Assembly (NCBI GenBank): GCA_013288325.1
Contig: JABDCB010000004.1
Coordinates: 4,485 to 68,484, forward strand
Direction of reading: 5' to 3'
DNA: 64,000 nt
Origin: Bacteroidota bacterium
GTDB taxonomy: Bacteria; Bacteroidota; Bacteroidia; Palsa-965
The notes under the pieces are model-generated. The model was given only the letters and a program-made list of their open reading frames with translations. It had not been told where the DNA came from and made no database searches. Position 1 is the first letter of the stretch; each line of letters opens with the position of its first letter. A program made the position numbers and the translations under genes. Below, one piece after another: positions 9,212-18,901 of the stretch.

Positions 9212-10291
9212 CTATTGAGGACTTTTCAATCTGAAAACAACACTTTTGACGCAACGGAGACTGGCACCTTCTCTGAATTCATTCATTATCAATGCCTTTG
9301 CCTTGGAATCAGCGAATACTTCTTCCAGATTTTTTATCAATCCGCAAGGCACTCCGGCTATGTCAAGGGCTGTTTTTAGGTCCTCAGACACCCATTTACC
9401 GGCCGCATTCTGAAGATCCTTCAAAAGGTCTATTCTTGTCCTGACCCGATTGGGGTTGGAATCAAATCTCCGATCCTTGGCCAGTTCCGGGATTGTTAGC
9501 ACCTTACACAAGGCTATAAATTGTTTATCATTTCCAACAGCCAAAACCAGCCATTTATTGTCTGAGCACAAGAGTGTTTCCCCATAAGGTGCAATATTGG
9601 GATGAAGTGATCCTTTTAACCCGGGTATCATGCCGCATTGCAGGTAATTGGTGGCCTGATTGGCCAGGGAGCTCACAGCAGCATCATACAACGAAATGCT
9701 TACCGCACTCCCCTTGCCGGTTTGAAGTCGGCGAATCAAAGCTACGAGCAATGCTTCTTTTAACTGATGGCCCGCCAACAGATCAATAAATGCAACCGGC
9801 ATCTTTATGGGTCCGCTGCCGCCAGTCCCGTTCATGGCCATATATCCGGTTTCGGCCTGCAATACCAGATCAAATGCGGCACGTTCATCCTTTTCTCCAT
9901 AACCGCTCAGATGACCGAAGATGATTTTTTCATTGTATTTATACAGCTCTTCATAAGTCATACCCATCCGCTCCGCTTCTTTAGGTCTGAAATTGCTGAT
10001 TACGATATCTGCTTTCTTTATCCACTCATAAACCTGTGCCCTGTCCTTATCGTTTTTAAGATCCAACAGATGCGATTCTTTGCCCCAGTTCACAGAAGCA
10101 TAATATGCAGATACGGTCGCCGAAGCATCTTCTTGGGGCAATTTCCAGTTGCGGGTCAGATCCCCTCCGGTGCCTTTATTTTCAACCTTTATAACCCTGG
10201 CGCCCAGTTCGGCAAAAAACATACCTGTAGATGGCCCGGCAAGTACATTGGCAAGCTCTACAACCAGAAGATCCTTAAAGATGGTTTCCAT
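9212..10291 (-). CDS. CaiB/BaiF family (class III) CoA-transferase
   Basis: N-terminal LLVVELANVLAGPSTGMFFAELGARVIKVEN is the hallmark of family III CoA-transferases. Confidence 0.88.
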   Translation of the reverse strand: METIFKDLLVVELANVLAGPSTGMFFAELGARVIKVENKGTGGDLTRNWKLPQEDASATVSAYYASVNWGKESHLLDLKNDKDRAQVYEWIKKADIVISNFRPKEAERMGMTYEELYKYNEKIIFGHLSGYGEKDERAAFDLVLQAETGYMAMNGTGGSGPIKMPVAFIDLLAGHQLKEALLVALIRRLQTGKGSAVSISLYDAAVSSLANQATNYLQCGMIPGLKGSLHPNIAPYGETLLCSDNKWLVLAVGNDKQFIALCKVLTIPELAKDRRFDSNPNRVRTRIDLLKDLQNAAGKWVSEDLKTALDIAGVPCGLIKNLEEVFADSKAKALIMNEFREGASLRCVKSVVFRLKSPQ

Positions 10292-10327
10292 ATCAAAATG
10301 TGTCCGGTGAAAGTAAAAAAAATAGCG

Positions 10328-10335
10328 TATATTTG
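10328..10335 (+). promoter_or_regulatory. -7 promoter box TATATTTG for the desaturase gene
   Basis: Exact TAnnTTTG match 45 nt upstream of the ATG at 10380. The box overlaps the track's upstream alternative start at 10335, which argues against that start. Confidence 0.45.
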
Positions 10336-10379
10336 TGGACTACAGATATACTGGAAAATATATTACTGGAAAAGATAAG

Positions 10380-11447
10380 ATGCAGCCACGTATCAAATTC
10401 AACAATAAGAAATACTCCGACTTCGTCTCCGATCTCAAGCAAAGTGTTAACTCTTATTTTGAAACCAATAAGATTTCAAAATACGGGGATTACCGGATGG
10501 TAATCAAAACAGTTTGCATGCTTTCCCTTTATATTGTTCCTTATTTCCTCATCATGTTTGCTCATTTTTCCGAAGGCATCATGCTTCTGATGTGCGTATT
10601 GATGGGAACAGGGCTGGCCGGTATCGGATTCAGCATTGCACACGATGCTTTACACAGCGCTTATTCCCGTAACGAAAAGGTAAACCGTTTTTTGGGTATG
10701 ACCATGAATTTTGTGGGTGCCAATGACTACATGTGGAAAATCAAACACAATATCAAACACCATACCTTCACCAATATTTATGAAAAGGATGAGGATCTGA
10801 GTGTTGTCAAATTTCTTCGTTTATCACCTAATGCTCCTTACCGCAAGGTTCACCGTTTCCAGCATATCGTTGCTTTCTTTGCCTATTCATTGCTGTCGCT
10901 GAGCTGGGTATTTTATACCGATTACAATAAAATATTCCGCTACAAGGACAATACACATCCCCGGAAGGAAATAATCAAACTGCTAGCATTCAAGGTGTTT
11001 TATTACACCTATATCCTGGTATTGCCCCTGGTGTTTTTACCTATCGTATGGTGGAAAGTGCTGCTTGGTTTTGTGGTGATGCATCTGGTAGGTGGTTTTA
11101 TCATCACCATTGTTTTTCAGCTGGCCCATGTTATTGAAGATACAGCGCATCCTGAAGCGGAAGAAAGCGGACTTGTTGACAATGCCTGGATTGTGCATCA
11201 GATGGAAACAACGGCTAATTTTGCTGTCCGTAACCCGGTTATCACCTGGTTTGTAGGCGGTCTTAATTTTCAGGTCGAACACCATTTGTTTCCCCAGGTA
11301 TGCAGTATTCATTATCCTGCCATATCACGGATTGTGGAGAATGTAGCCCAAAAGCACCAGATAGCGTATTATAATAAACATACCTTTCTGGGAGCCATCT
11401 CTTCCCACTACCGTACACTTCGCAAGTTCGGCCATTCCAGAAGCTGA
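10380..11447 (+). CDS. membrane fatty-acid desaturase
   Basis: Three histidine boxes (HDALH, HNIKHH, QVEHHLFP) and multiple TM helices. Confidence 0.88.
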   Translation: MQPRIKFNNKKYSDFVSDLKQSVNSYFETNKISKYGDYRMVIKTVCMLSLYIVPYFLIMFAHFSEGIMLLMCVLMGTGLAGIGFSIAHDALHSAYSRNEKVNRFLGMTMNFVGANDYMWKIKHNIKHHTFTNIYEKDEDLSVVKFLRLSPNAPYRKVHRFQHIVAFFAYSLLSLSWVFYTDYNKIFRYKDNTHPRKEIIKLLAFKVFYYTYILVLPLVFLPIVWWKVLLGFVVMHLVGGFIITIVFQLAHVIEDTAHPEAEESGLVDNAWIVHQMETTANFAVRNPVITWFVGGLNFQVEHHLFPQVCSIHYPAISRIVENVAQKHQIAYYNKHTFLGAISSHYRTLRKFGHSRS

Positions 11448-11537
11448 ATTCCTGCTATTCCTTCCTTTTCCTGACCTTCCGGGCATCTCCTTTCAGATTT
11501 AATCCAGAATTGTACCTTTACTTTGTTTGCCCGCACT

Positions 11538-12215
11538 ATGAAAGTCCTTGTAATTGAAGATGAAAAGGCCCTGGCAGATTCCATCGTATCGTATCTCCGT
11601 GAAGGAGGTCATACCTGCGAATTGGCTACTGATTTTGCCGCCGCCAAACAGAAATCGGAAATTTACGATTATGATTGTGTAGTGGTTGATATCACCCTTC
11701 CCGATGGGAACGGAATGGATATTATCTCCTCACTCAAAAAAAGAGGATCGGAAGCTGGTATCATTATCGTGTCTGCCAAAAATTCATTGGACGATAAAAT
11801 CAGCGGGTTGGATATAGGCGCCGATGACTACCTCACCAAACCGTTTCATCTGAGTGAACTCAACTCCCGAATCAAATCAATCGTACGCAGAAGAAATTTC
11901 AAAGGCAATAAAGAAATAGGGTTTAATGAAATCAGTATCGTACCTGACGAGATGACAGTACTGGTAAACGGCAAATCCGTTATCCTCACCAAAAAAGAAT
12001 TCGATCTCTTATTATTCTTCGTCTCCAACAAAAACCGTGTTATAACAAAAGAAAGTATTGCCGAACATCTCTGGGGTGATGATATGGATGCTTCCGATTC
12101 TTTTGACTTCATTTATTCTCACATCAAGAACCTTCGTAAAAAATTGATTGAAAAAGGTTCGGAAGATTACATCCATACCATCTATGGAATGGGGTATAAA
12201 TTCGGAGAGAAGTGA
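11538..12215 (+). CDS. OmpR-family response regulator
   Basis: Receiver domain (VLVIEDE, VVVDITLPDGNG, YLTKPF) plus a winged-helix C-terminus (YGMGYKF). Confidence 0.92.
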   Translation: MKVLVIEDEKALADSIVSYLREGGHTCELATDFAAAKQKSEIYDYDCVVVDITLPDGNGMDIISSLKKRGSEAGIIIVSAKNSLDDKISGLDIGADDYLTKPFHLSELNSRIKSIVRRRNFKGNKEIGFNEISIVPDEMTVLVNGKSVILTKKEFDLLLFFVSNKNRVITKESIAEHLWGDDMDASDSFDFIYSHIKNLRKKLIEKGSEDYIHTIYGMGYKFGEK

Positions 12216-13507
12216 AACTGCTTAATAAAACCAACAGGTATTATATTATGGCCGCTCTGGCCGTGTTTCTGATTGGAACACTTGTTTTCTATGTCATGCT
12301 CAATCAGATCATGGACAATGATGCGAATGAACAGCTGCTGATTGAGAAAGAACAGATTGCACAGCAGCTGGATCAGCTGGGTACTATCCCTGCTAAAGGA
12401 ATTTCGGCCGGCGATCGTATTGATATTACACTCGTAACCGATACCACCTGCCCTTCCTGCAAAGGTTTTAAACATGATACCGCCATTTATGTAAGAGAAA
12501 GCGGTGAAGTGCTCCCCTTTCGTCAGCTTAGTTTTCTGCATACCATCCGGCATCAGACAGACCCTCCTAAAAGTTGCCGGATTACCATTACCAAAGCCCT
12601 CTTTGAAGATGACGATCTGATTCTGACCATTGTTAAATCCATGCTTATCCTTCTTTCCCTGCTGTTGCTCACCATGTTCGAGATAAACCGCCGGATTTCA
12701 AAAAGACTCTGGAAACCATTCTACAGCTCTCTTCAAAAACTGGAAGTGTTCAACATAAGTAAAGATTACTCTTTGCAGTTTCAGCCTTCAGGCATCAGGG
12801 AATTTGATGAGCTCAATACCACACTTGAAAAAATGACACACAAAATTTCAGAAGACTATCACAGCCTGAAAGATTTTTCTGAAAATGCTTCTCATGAAAT
12901 TCAAACTCCGCTGGCCGTTATAAAATCAAAACTTGAACTTCTTATTCAGAACCAAAATCTGGAAGAGAAACAAATGAAACTCATCAGCGATGCCTATGAA
13001 AGTGCCAGCCGGCTTTCGAGATTGAATCAGGCTCTTATACTCCTTACCCGGATCAACAACAGACAGTACCTCGAAACAAAACAAATTGCGATCCACGAGC
13101 TGATAGAAAACAAATTGCAGCATTTTGAGGAACTGATTCAACATAAACGGATTGTATTAACTGTTGCACTTTCCCAACCCATTGTTACCGAGATGAATCC
13201 TACACTGGCCGATGTACTTATTTCTAACCTCTTGGGCAATGCCATCAAACATAATATTACCGGAGGATGGCTGCGTATCACTTCTTCGGGACGTGAATTA
13301 CGTATCAGTAACAAAGGAGAAACACTGTTGTCTGACCCGTCAAAACTTTTTGAACGCTTTCGTAAAGATCATGCATCCGCAGAATCTCTGGGACTGGGAC
13401 TTGCCATTGTGAAACAGATATGCGACTTCTATTCCATTACCGTAAGCTACGAGTATAGTTTACAGGAGCACACTCTCGTCCTTGTTTTTCCTATAGCACA
13501 AAACTGA
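12212..13507 (+). CDS. sensor histidine kinase
   Basis: Two TM helices flank a ~110-aa periplasmic loop. H-box SHEIQTPLAVI, N-box NLLGNAIKHN, G-box GLGLAIV. The GTG start overlaps the regulator's stop codon. Confidence 0.9.
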   Translation: MKLLNKTNRYYIMAALAVFLIGTLVFYVMLNQIMDNDANEQLLIEKEQIAQQLDQLGTIPAKGISAGDRIDITLVTDTTCPSCKGFKHDTAIYVRESGEVLPFRQLSFLHTIRHQTDPPKSCRITITKALFEDDDLILTIVKSMLILLSLLLLTMFEINRRISKRLWKPFYSSLQKLEVFNISKDYSLQFQPSGIREFDELNTTLEKMTHKISEDYHSLKDFSENASHEIQTPLAVIKSKLELLIQNQNLEEKQMKLISDAYESASRLSRLNQALILLTRINNRQYLETKQIAIHELIENKLQHFEELIQHKRIVLTVALSQPIVTEMNPTLADVLISNLLGNAIKHNITGGWLRITSSGRELRISNKGETLLSDPSKLFERFRKDHASAESLGLGLAIVKQICDFYSITVSYEYSLQEHTLVLVFPIAQN

Positions 13508-13512
13508 AACGA

Positions 13513-14763
13513 ATGCGAGCCTTAAACCGCACCTACCCCCTGCTTACCTTCCTGCTGCTCTTTTGCAGTGTGGTTGCAGGTGCGCAAACAGCTACACTGG
13601 ATGATTATATTCAAAAAGGGATACATAACAATCCTCAGCTCAATGATTACAGGAATCAGATTCAATCGGGCCAGACCGATAGTCTTAAAATAAATGCCAG
13701 CCGTAAGCCCCAGATCAATCTGCTTGGGCAGATTCTTGTGGCCCCTATTATCAATGGCTATGGCTATGATCAGGCCGTTACCAATAACGGCAATTACGAA
13801 TTGCTGGTAGGCGTTAGCCAGAACCTATTTAACAAACAAATTCTGGCGCCTCAGTATGAAAACATACGGCTTCAAAACCAAAGTAACGGTCAGGCTTCTG
13901 CCAAAACCGAACACGACCTGAGAAAAGACATCACGACTCTTTACATTCAAGCTTATGCCGACAATCTTCAGGTTGATCATGCCCTTGCCACCCTGCGTCT
14001 TTTAAAAGAAGAAAACCTGTATCTCGAAAAGCTGGTCGAAAACGGCATCTATAAGCCCTTCGATTACTCCGCATTTCAGGTAACACTCCAGGCACAGGAA
14101 ATCATTGCCGGTCAGCAAAAATTCGCTTACCGCTCGGATATCTACGCACTCAATCTGTTATGCGGCATCAACGATACAGCGATACCTGTACTTGCGGCAC
14201 CTCAGATTCAACCCAAACAAGCCGTTGATACACGCGCATCCCTCTTTATGATGACATTTCACATCGATAGTCTGGTCATTAACAACCGGAAGTTCACAAC
14301 AGGGGCCAACTACAAACCAAAGCTCAGCTGGTTTGCCGATGGAGGTATTCTGAGCTCACAGCCTTCTACGCTATACCGTAATTTCGGAACCAGCTTCGGA
14401 CTGAATTTGTCTGTTCCGCTTTATGACGGACGTCAGAAAAATCTGGAATTCAAAAAAATAAGTCTGGCAGAAAACACCCGCAGCATGTACCAGAGCTATT
14501 TCAAAACTCAGTTTGAAACACAACGTGAATCGCTGCTGGCAGAGCTGAAAGGGAATACAGAGCTTATCGCTCAAACCAACAAACAGTTAAAACTTACCGA
14601 GTCTCAGATTGAACTGGGAAAGAGTCAGCTCAATATCGGCGCATTGCCTGTATCCGATTTTCTTCTGGCTATCAGAAGCTACCGGGAAGTACAAAACAGT
14701 TTAAGTTTATTACAGATCAAACAGCTCCAGCTTATCAATGAGCTGAATTACTGGAATTGGTAA
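13513..14763 (+). CDS. TolC-family outer-membrane efflux protein
   Basis: Signal peptide, 416 aa, duplicated helical/beta composition. First gene of an OMP-MFP-RND order. Confidence 0.85.
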   Translation: MRALNRTYPLLTFLLLFCSVVAGAQTATLDDYIQKGIHNNPQLNDYRNQIQSGQTDSLKINASRKPQINLLGQILVAPIINGYGYDQAVTNNGNYELLVGVSQNLFNKQILAPQYENIRLQNQSNGQASAKTEHDLRKDITTLYIQAYADNLQVDHALATLRLLKEENLYLEKLVENGIYKPFDYSAFQVTLQAQEIIAGQQKFAYRSDIYALNLLCGINDTAIPVLAAPQIQPKQAVDTRASLFMMTFHIDSLVINNRKFTTGANYKPKLSWFADGGILSSQPSTLYRNFGTSFGLNLSVPLYDGRQKNLEFKKISLAENTRSMYQSYFKTQFETQRESLLAELKGNTELIAQTNKQLKLTESQIELGKSQLNIGALPVSDFLLAIRSYREVQNSLSLLQIKQLQLINELNYWNW

Positions 14764-14794
14764 TAAATAAAAAGAACACATAAAAAAGAGGATT

Positions 14795-15733
14795 ATGAAA
14801 TCATCTTTCTGCATATTGGCCGGCCTCATTGCTTTATTGCTGAGCAGCTGCCATTCAAAACAAACAACCGAGTCGGAAGAAGATGCGACAATCGCTTCCA
14901 TTACCCCTGTAACCATTGACACGGCAAGCACAGGAGCGATGAGCGACTATCTGGAACTGAATGCCCTTTCCTCCTTTCTGAAGAAGAATAGTGTGAAGGC
15001 ACCTGCATCGGGATATATCCGTCAGATGAGTATCAACATAGGCGATCTGGTAAAAAAAGATCAGGAGCTGGCGGTATTAAAAACCAAGGAAGCTTCGGCA
15101 CTGGATAATCTTTCACAAAAAGATTCTACCGCCCGATTCAGCGGTCTTATCCATATCCGTTCTTTTCAGGACGGAATCATCAGCGCTTTCAATAAGCATG
15201 TCGGCGATTTTGTTCAGGAGGGAGATGACCTTTGTATCCTGTCTGATCAGAGCAGCTTTGTATTCCTGCTCGATGTTCCTTTTGAACTTCATTCCCTTAT
15301 TCATATAGGAAGTACGGTAGAAGTGGTCCTGCCCGATCATCAGGTATTACCCGGAACCATCTATTCCTGCCTCCCCTCCATGGATGTCAATTCACAAACC
15401 GAAAGCTTTCTGGTACGTCCGTCACGATCTGTTTCATTACCTGAAAATCTGATTGCCCGTATTCGCATTTTAAAAGCAAAAAAAGAAAAAGCTTTTACCT
15501 TGCCCAGAACAGCCATACTCAGCAATGAAGCCCAGACCGAGTTCTGGGTTATGAGGCTCATCAGTGATTCGGTGGCTATAAAAGTTCCTATCCATAAAGG
15601 GCTGGAAACCGACGACCGTACCGAAATCATGGATCCTGTTTTCAAGCCACGCGATCGTTTCCTGATCAGCGGTAATTATGGGCTTGCCGATACTGCCAAA
15701 ATAGTGATTGAGCCAAAGCGACAGGAGCCATGA
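14795..15733 (+). CDS. efflux RND periplasmic adaptor (MFP) lipoprotein
   Basis: Lipobox LLLSSC. Sits between the TolC-like and RND genes. Its stop overlaps the RND start (ATGA). Confidence 0.82.
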   Translation: MKSSFCILAGLIALLLSSCHSKQTTESEEDATIASITPVTIDTASTGAMSDYLELNALSSFLKKNSVKAPASGYIRQMSINIGDLVKKDQELAVLKTKEASALDNLSQKDSTARFSGLIHIRSFQDGIISAFNKHVGDFVQEGDDLCILSDQSSFVFLLDVPFELHSLIHIGSTVEVVLPDHQVLPGTIYSCLPSMDVNSQTESFLVRPSRSVSLPENLIARIRILKAKKEKAFTLPRTAILSNEAQTEFWVMRLISDSVAIKVPIHKGLETDDRTEIMDPVFKPRDRFLISGNYGLADTAKIVIEPKRQEP

Positions 15734-18700
15734 AGAACTTTTTTGCCGTCTACAGAAATCCCGTTTCCGTCCTGCTCCTGCTCATTATTATAGGAGGGCT
15801 TTTTGCATACAGCAAAATGCAGACGGCTTTGTTTCCGGAAATCACCTTTCCGAAAATAAAGCTGATTGCGGATAATGGAGAACAGCCGGTAGAGAAGATG
15901 ATGGTGACTGTTACCAAGCCTCTTGAAAATGCACTCAAAGAAGTCTATAATGTGCACATGATCCGCAGTACCACCAGCCGGGGAAGCTGTGAGATATCGG
16001 CGTTTCTGAATTGGAACGCAGATGTTTTTCAGAGTCAGCAGCTGATGGAAGACAAGGTAAACCATATCCGCAATATCCTTCCTCCCAATACATCCATCAG
16101 CATAGAAAAAATGAATCCCTCGCTGATGCCGGTGATGGGATTTACCGTTGAAAGCAACGAAAAAAGTCTGATCGAATTAAAGCTCCTTGCCAATACCGTT
16201 ATCCGCCCTTTCTTTTCCCAGGTAGATGGGGTATCGGCCGTAAAAGTAATCGGTGGTAAAACAAAAGAGTACTGGATAGAACTGAATCCCCAGAAGATGA
16301 GTTCTTTTTCGGTTACCCCGGCCATGATTAATACCGTGCTGGGTCAAACAAACTTCATCAGCTCCAACGGTTATTCTTCCGACTATCGCCGTCTTTACCT
16401 CAATATTACCGATGCCGCCCTGCACAATAAAGAAGAAATAGAAAATGTAGTGATCCGCAATGACGGTAAAAGAGTGATACGGCTGAAGGAAATGGCTTCG
16501 GTGAATGTGAGGGAGAAAACAGAATACATACGAATCAATGCCAATGGCAAAGAGGCGGTATTGATAACCGTGCAAAAACAGCCTTATGCCGATTTGCTCG
16601 AAATTTCAAAACACATTGATGAAAAAGTAAAGGCGCTGAAAGATGTACTTCCCAAAAGCGTAATTGTCAAACCCTATTACGATCAAAGCGATTTTGTAAA
16701 TACCACCATAAAAAGTGTCAATGACAGCCTCTGGATTGGTTTGCTATTGGCCATCATTGTTGCCGTTATCTTTCTCCGCTCTTTCAGGGCCAGCCTCACC
16801 ATCCTTATCATTATCCCTGTTACGCTAGCCCTTACCGTTCTGGCCCTTTATCTCTGGGGATATACGTTTAACATCATGACATTGGGAGCCATCGCTGCCT
16901 CCATAGGACTCATCATCGACGATGCCATTGTGGTGGTGGAACAGATCCATCGTACCCAGGAAGAACATCCGGAAGACAATACCACCGAAGTAGTTTCCAA
17001 ATCCATTCGTTACCTCCTTCCATCCATGATAGGCTCCTCGTTGAGCACCATTGTCATCTTTCTTCCCTTTATATGGATGACCGGTGTGGCGGGATCTTAT
17101 TTTCATGTGCTCACCAATACGATGATTATTACTTTGCTGTGTTCATTCTTTGTTACCTGGATCTGCCTGCCGGTGGTATACATTTTATTTTCCGGTAAGG
17201 GTAAAACAAAGAAAACACATACTCCCCCCAAACCAGCACACACAGGCAACTGGGCTTCCTTTTTTCTTAATCGTCCGCTCATTGGTATTCTGATTGCGGT
17301 GTTCATGATAGGATCTCTTGTTTACGTATATCCTCGTCTGGAAACCGGTTTTCTCCCAGAGATGGATGAAGGAAGTATCATACTGGATTATAAATCGCCT
17401 CCCGGCACATCGCTGGATGAAACAGATCGCATGCTGCGTGAAGTAGAAAAGATTATTGTGAAAATTCCGGAAGTGGCCGATTACTCGCGCAGGACAGGAA
17501 CGGAAATGGGATTTTTTGTTACTGAACCTAACAAAGGCGATTACCTGATTCAGTTAAAAGATAAGCGTACAAGGAGTACAGAGGAAGTGATCAATGATAT
17601 ACGCAAACAGGTGGAATCCACACAGCCTGCACTGAAAGTAGATTTCGGTCAGGCAATAGGCGATGTGATAGGCGATCTGATGAGTTCTGTGCAACCCATA
17701 GAAATAAAGATCTACGGAAAAGACAAAGAGAAGCTGGCCGGGCTCGCCGATGATGTGGCCAACCTGGCCAAAGGTGTAGAAGGTACTGCCGATGTTCAGA
17801 ACGGAATTATTATTGCCGGCCCCGGAGTGGATATAAAACCTAATCTGGCCAAGCTGGCACAATATAATATAGGAGCCGATGATTTTCAGTTTCAGCTGGA
17901 GAGCCAGCTGGAAGGAAATACCGCAGGAAGTATTCTGGAGAATGAGCAGATGACCGACATCAGGCTTATCTATCCCAATACCCGGCGTGCCGGGATAGAC
18001 AAGCTAAAAGGCACCTATATCTTTTTACCCAATGGCAAACTGAAACCGGTTACCGATTTTGCCAATATCAGTATTGAACCCGGTGTGGCGGAGATCAACA
18101 GAGAAAACCTGCAGTCCATGGTAGCTGTTACGGCCCGCTTAAACAACCGTGATTTGGGCAATGTAATAAAAGACATCAAGGAAAAGATCCGCACCAAACT
18201 GCATTTGCCCGAAGGGTATCGCATTGCCTATGGAGGTGCATTTGCCGAACAGGAAAGCTCGTTCCGGGAGCTTCTGATGATCCTCATCAGCGCCAGCTTG
18301 CTGGTCTTCTGTACCATCCTGTTTCTGTTCCGCGATTTCCGTGCCGCACTCCTTATCCTGTTTATTTCTGTTGCGGGAACAGCCGGAAGTTATATTGCTT
18401 TATTTTTAACCCATACTGCGCTTAACGTAGGAAGCTACACCGGTCTTATCATGATTGTAGGTATCATAGGCGAAAATGCCATTTTTACTTTTCAGCAATT
18501 CAGAGCCAATCTGCAAACAGGTGATACGAGCCAGGCTATTTCGTATGCTATTTCAACACGTCTGAGACCTAAACTCATGACAGCATTTGGCGCCATCATT
18601 GCTCTTATGCCACTCGCATTGGGTATTGGTACCGGTGCAGAATTGCATCAGCCCTTGGCCATTGCAGTAATAGGAGGCTTTGTGGCAGCGCTGCCGTTGC

Positions 18701-18747
18701 TGCTTATTGTGTTTCCTACTTTGCTTAAATTGGTTTATCGGAAATAA
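15730..18747 (+). CDS. efflux RND transporter permease (AcrB/CzcA superfamily)
   Basis: 1005 aa with two large periplasmic loops and ~12 TM helices. The OMP-MFP-RND gene order resembles CzcCBA-type heavy-metal exporters; substrate not determinable. Confidence 0.92.
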   Translation: MKNFFAVYRNPVSVLLLLIIIGGLFAYSKMQTALFPEITFPKIKLIADNGEQPVEKMMVTVTKPLENALKEVYNVHMIRSTTSRGSCEISAFLNWNADVFQSQQLMEDKVNHIRNILPPNTSISIEKMNPSLMPVMGFTVESNEKSLIELKLLANTVIRPFFSQVDGVSAVKVIGGKTKEYWIELNPQKMSSFSVTPAMINTVLGQTNFISSNGYSSDYRRLYLNITDAALHNKEEIENVVIRNDGKRVIRLKEMASVNVREKTEYIRINANGKEAVLITVQKQPYADLLEISKHIDEKVKALKDVLPKSVIVKPYYDQSDFVNTTIKSVNDSLWIGLLLAIIVAVIFLRSFRASLTILIIIPVTLALTVLALYLWGYTFNIMTLGAIAASIGLIIDDAIVVVEQIHRTQEEHPEDNTTEVVSKSIRYLLPSMIGSSLSTIVIFLPFIWMTGVAGSYFHVLTNTMIITLLCSFFVTWICLPVVYILFSGKGKTKKTHTPPKPAHTGNWASFFLNRPLIGILIAVFMIGSLVYVYPRLETGFLPEMDEGSIILDYKSPPGTSLDETDRMLREVEKIIVKIPEVADYSRRTGTEMGFFVTEPNKGDYLIQLKDKRTRSTEEVINDIRKQVESTQPALKVDFGQAIGDVIGDLMSSVQPIEIKIYGKDKEKLAGLADDVANLAKGVEGTADVQNGIIIAGPGVDIKPNLAKLAQYNIGADDFQFQLESQLEGNTAGSILENEQMTDIRLIYPNTRRAGIDKLKGTYIFLPNGKLKPVTDFANISIEPGVAEINRENLQSMVAVTARLNNRDLGNVIKDIKEKIRTKLHLPEGYRIAYGGAFAEQESSFRELLMILISASLLVFCTILFLFRDFRAALLILFISVAGTAGSYIALFLTHTALNVGSYTGLIMIVGIIGENAIFTFQQFRANLQTGDTSQAISYAISTRLRPKLMTAFGAIIALMPLALGIGTGAELHQPLAIAVIGGFVAALPLLLIVFPTLLKLVYRK

Positions 18748-18901
18748 GTCTTCCTCATTAGAAAAGTCAACGTTATCATTCTGAACAGAAGCGTTGGAAA
18801 GTGAATGAGGGTGAAGAATCTGCCGATGTGTTGGCTTGCTTACACGCCAATTAGCTACTCTGTCCATTATTTCGTAAATTAGTCCTCATGGATCCCTTTC
18901 C

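Noticed and set aside
9767-10378. 203-aa plus-strand ORF, and 10300..10503
   Set aside because: Antisense to the CoA-transferase, or running through the desaturase promoter box. No coding features.
18748-18901. Possible terminator or structured element after the RND gene
   Set aside because: The complementary arms (TCTTCCTCATT / AATGAGGGTGAAGA) are imperfect and separated by a loop of more than 40 nt, and there is no T-run.
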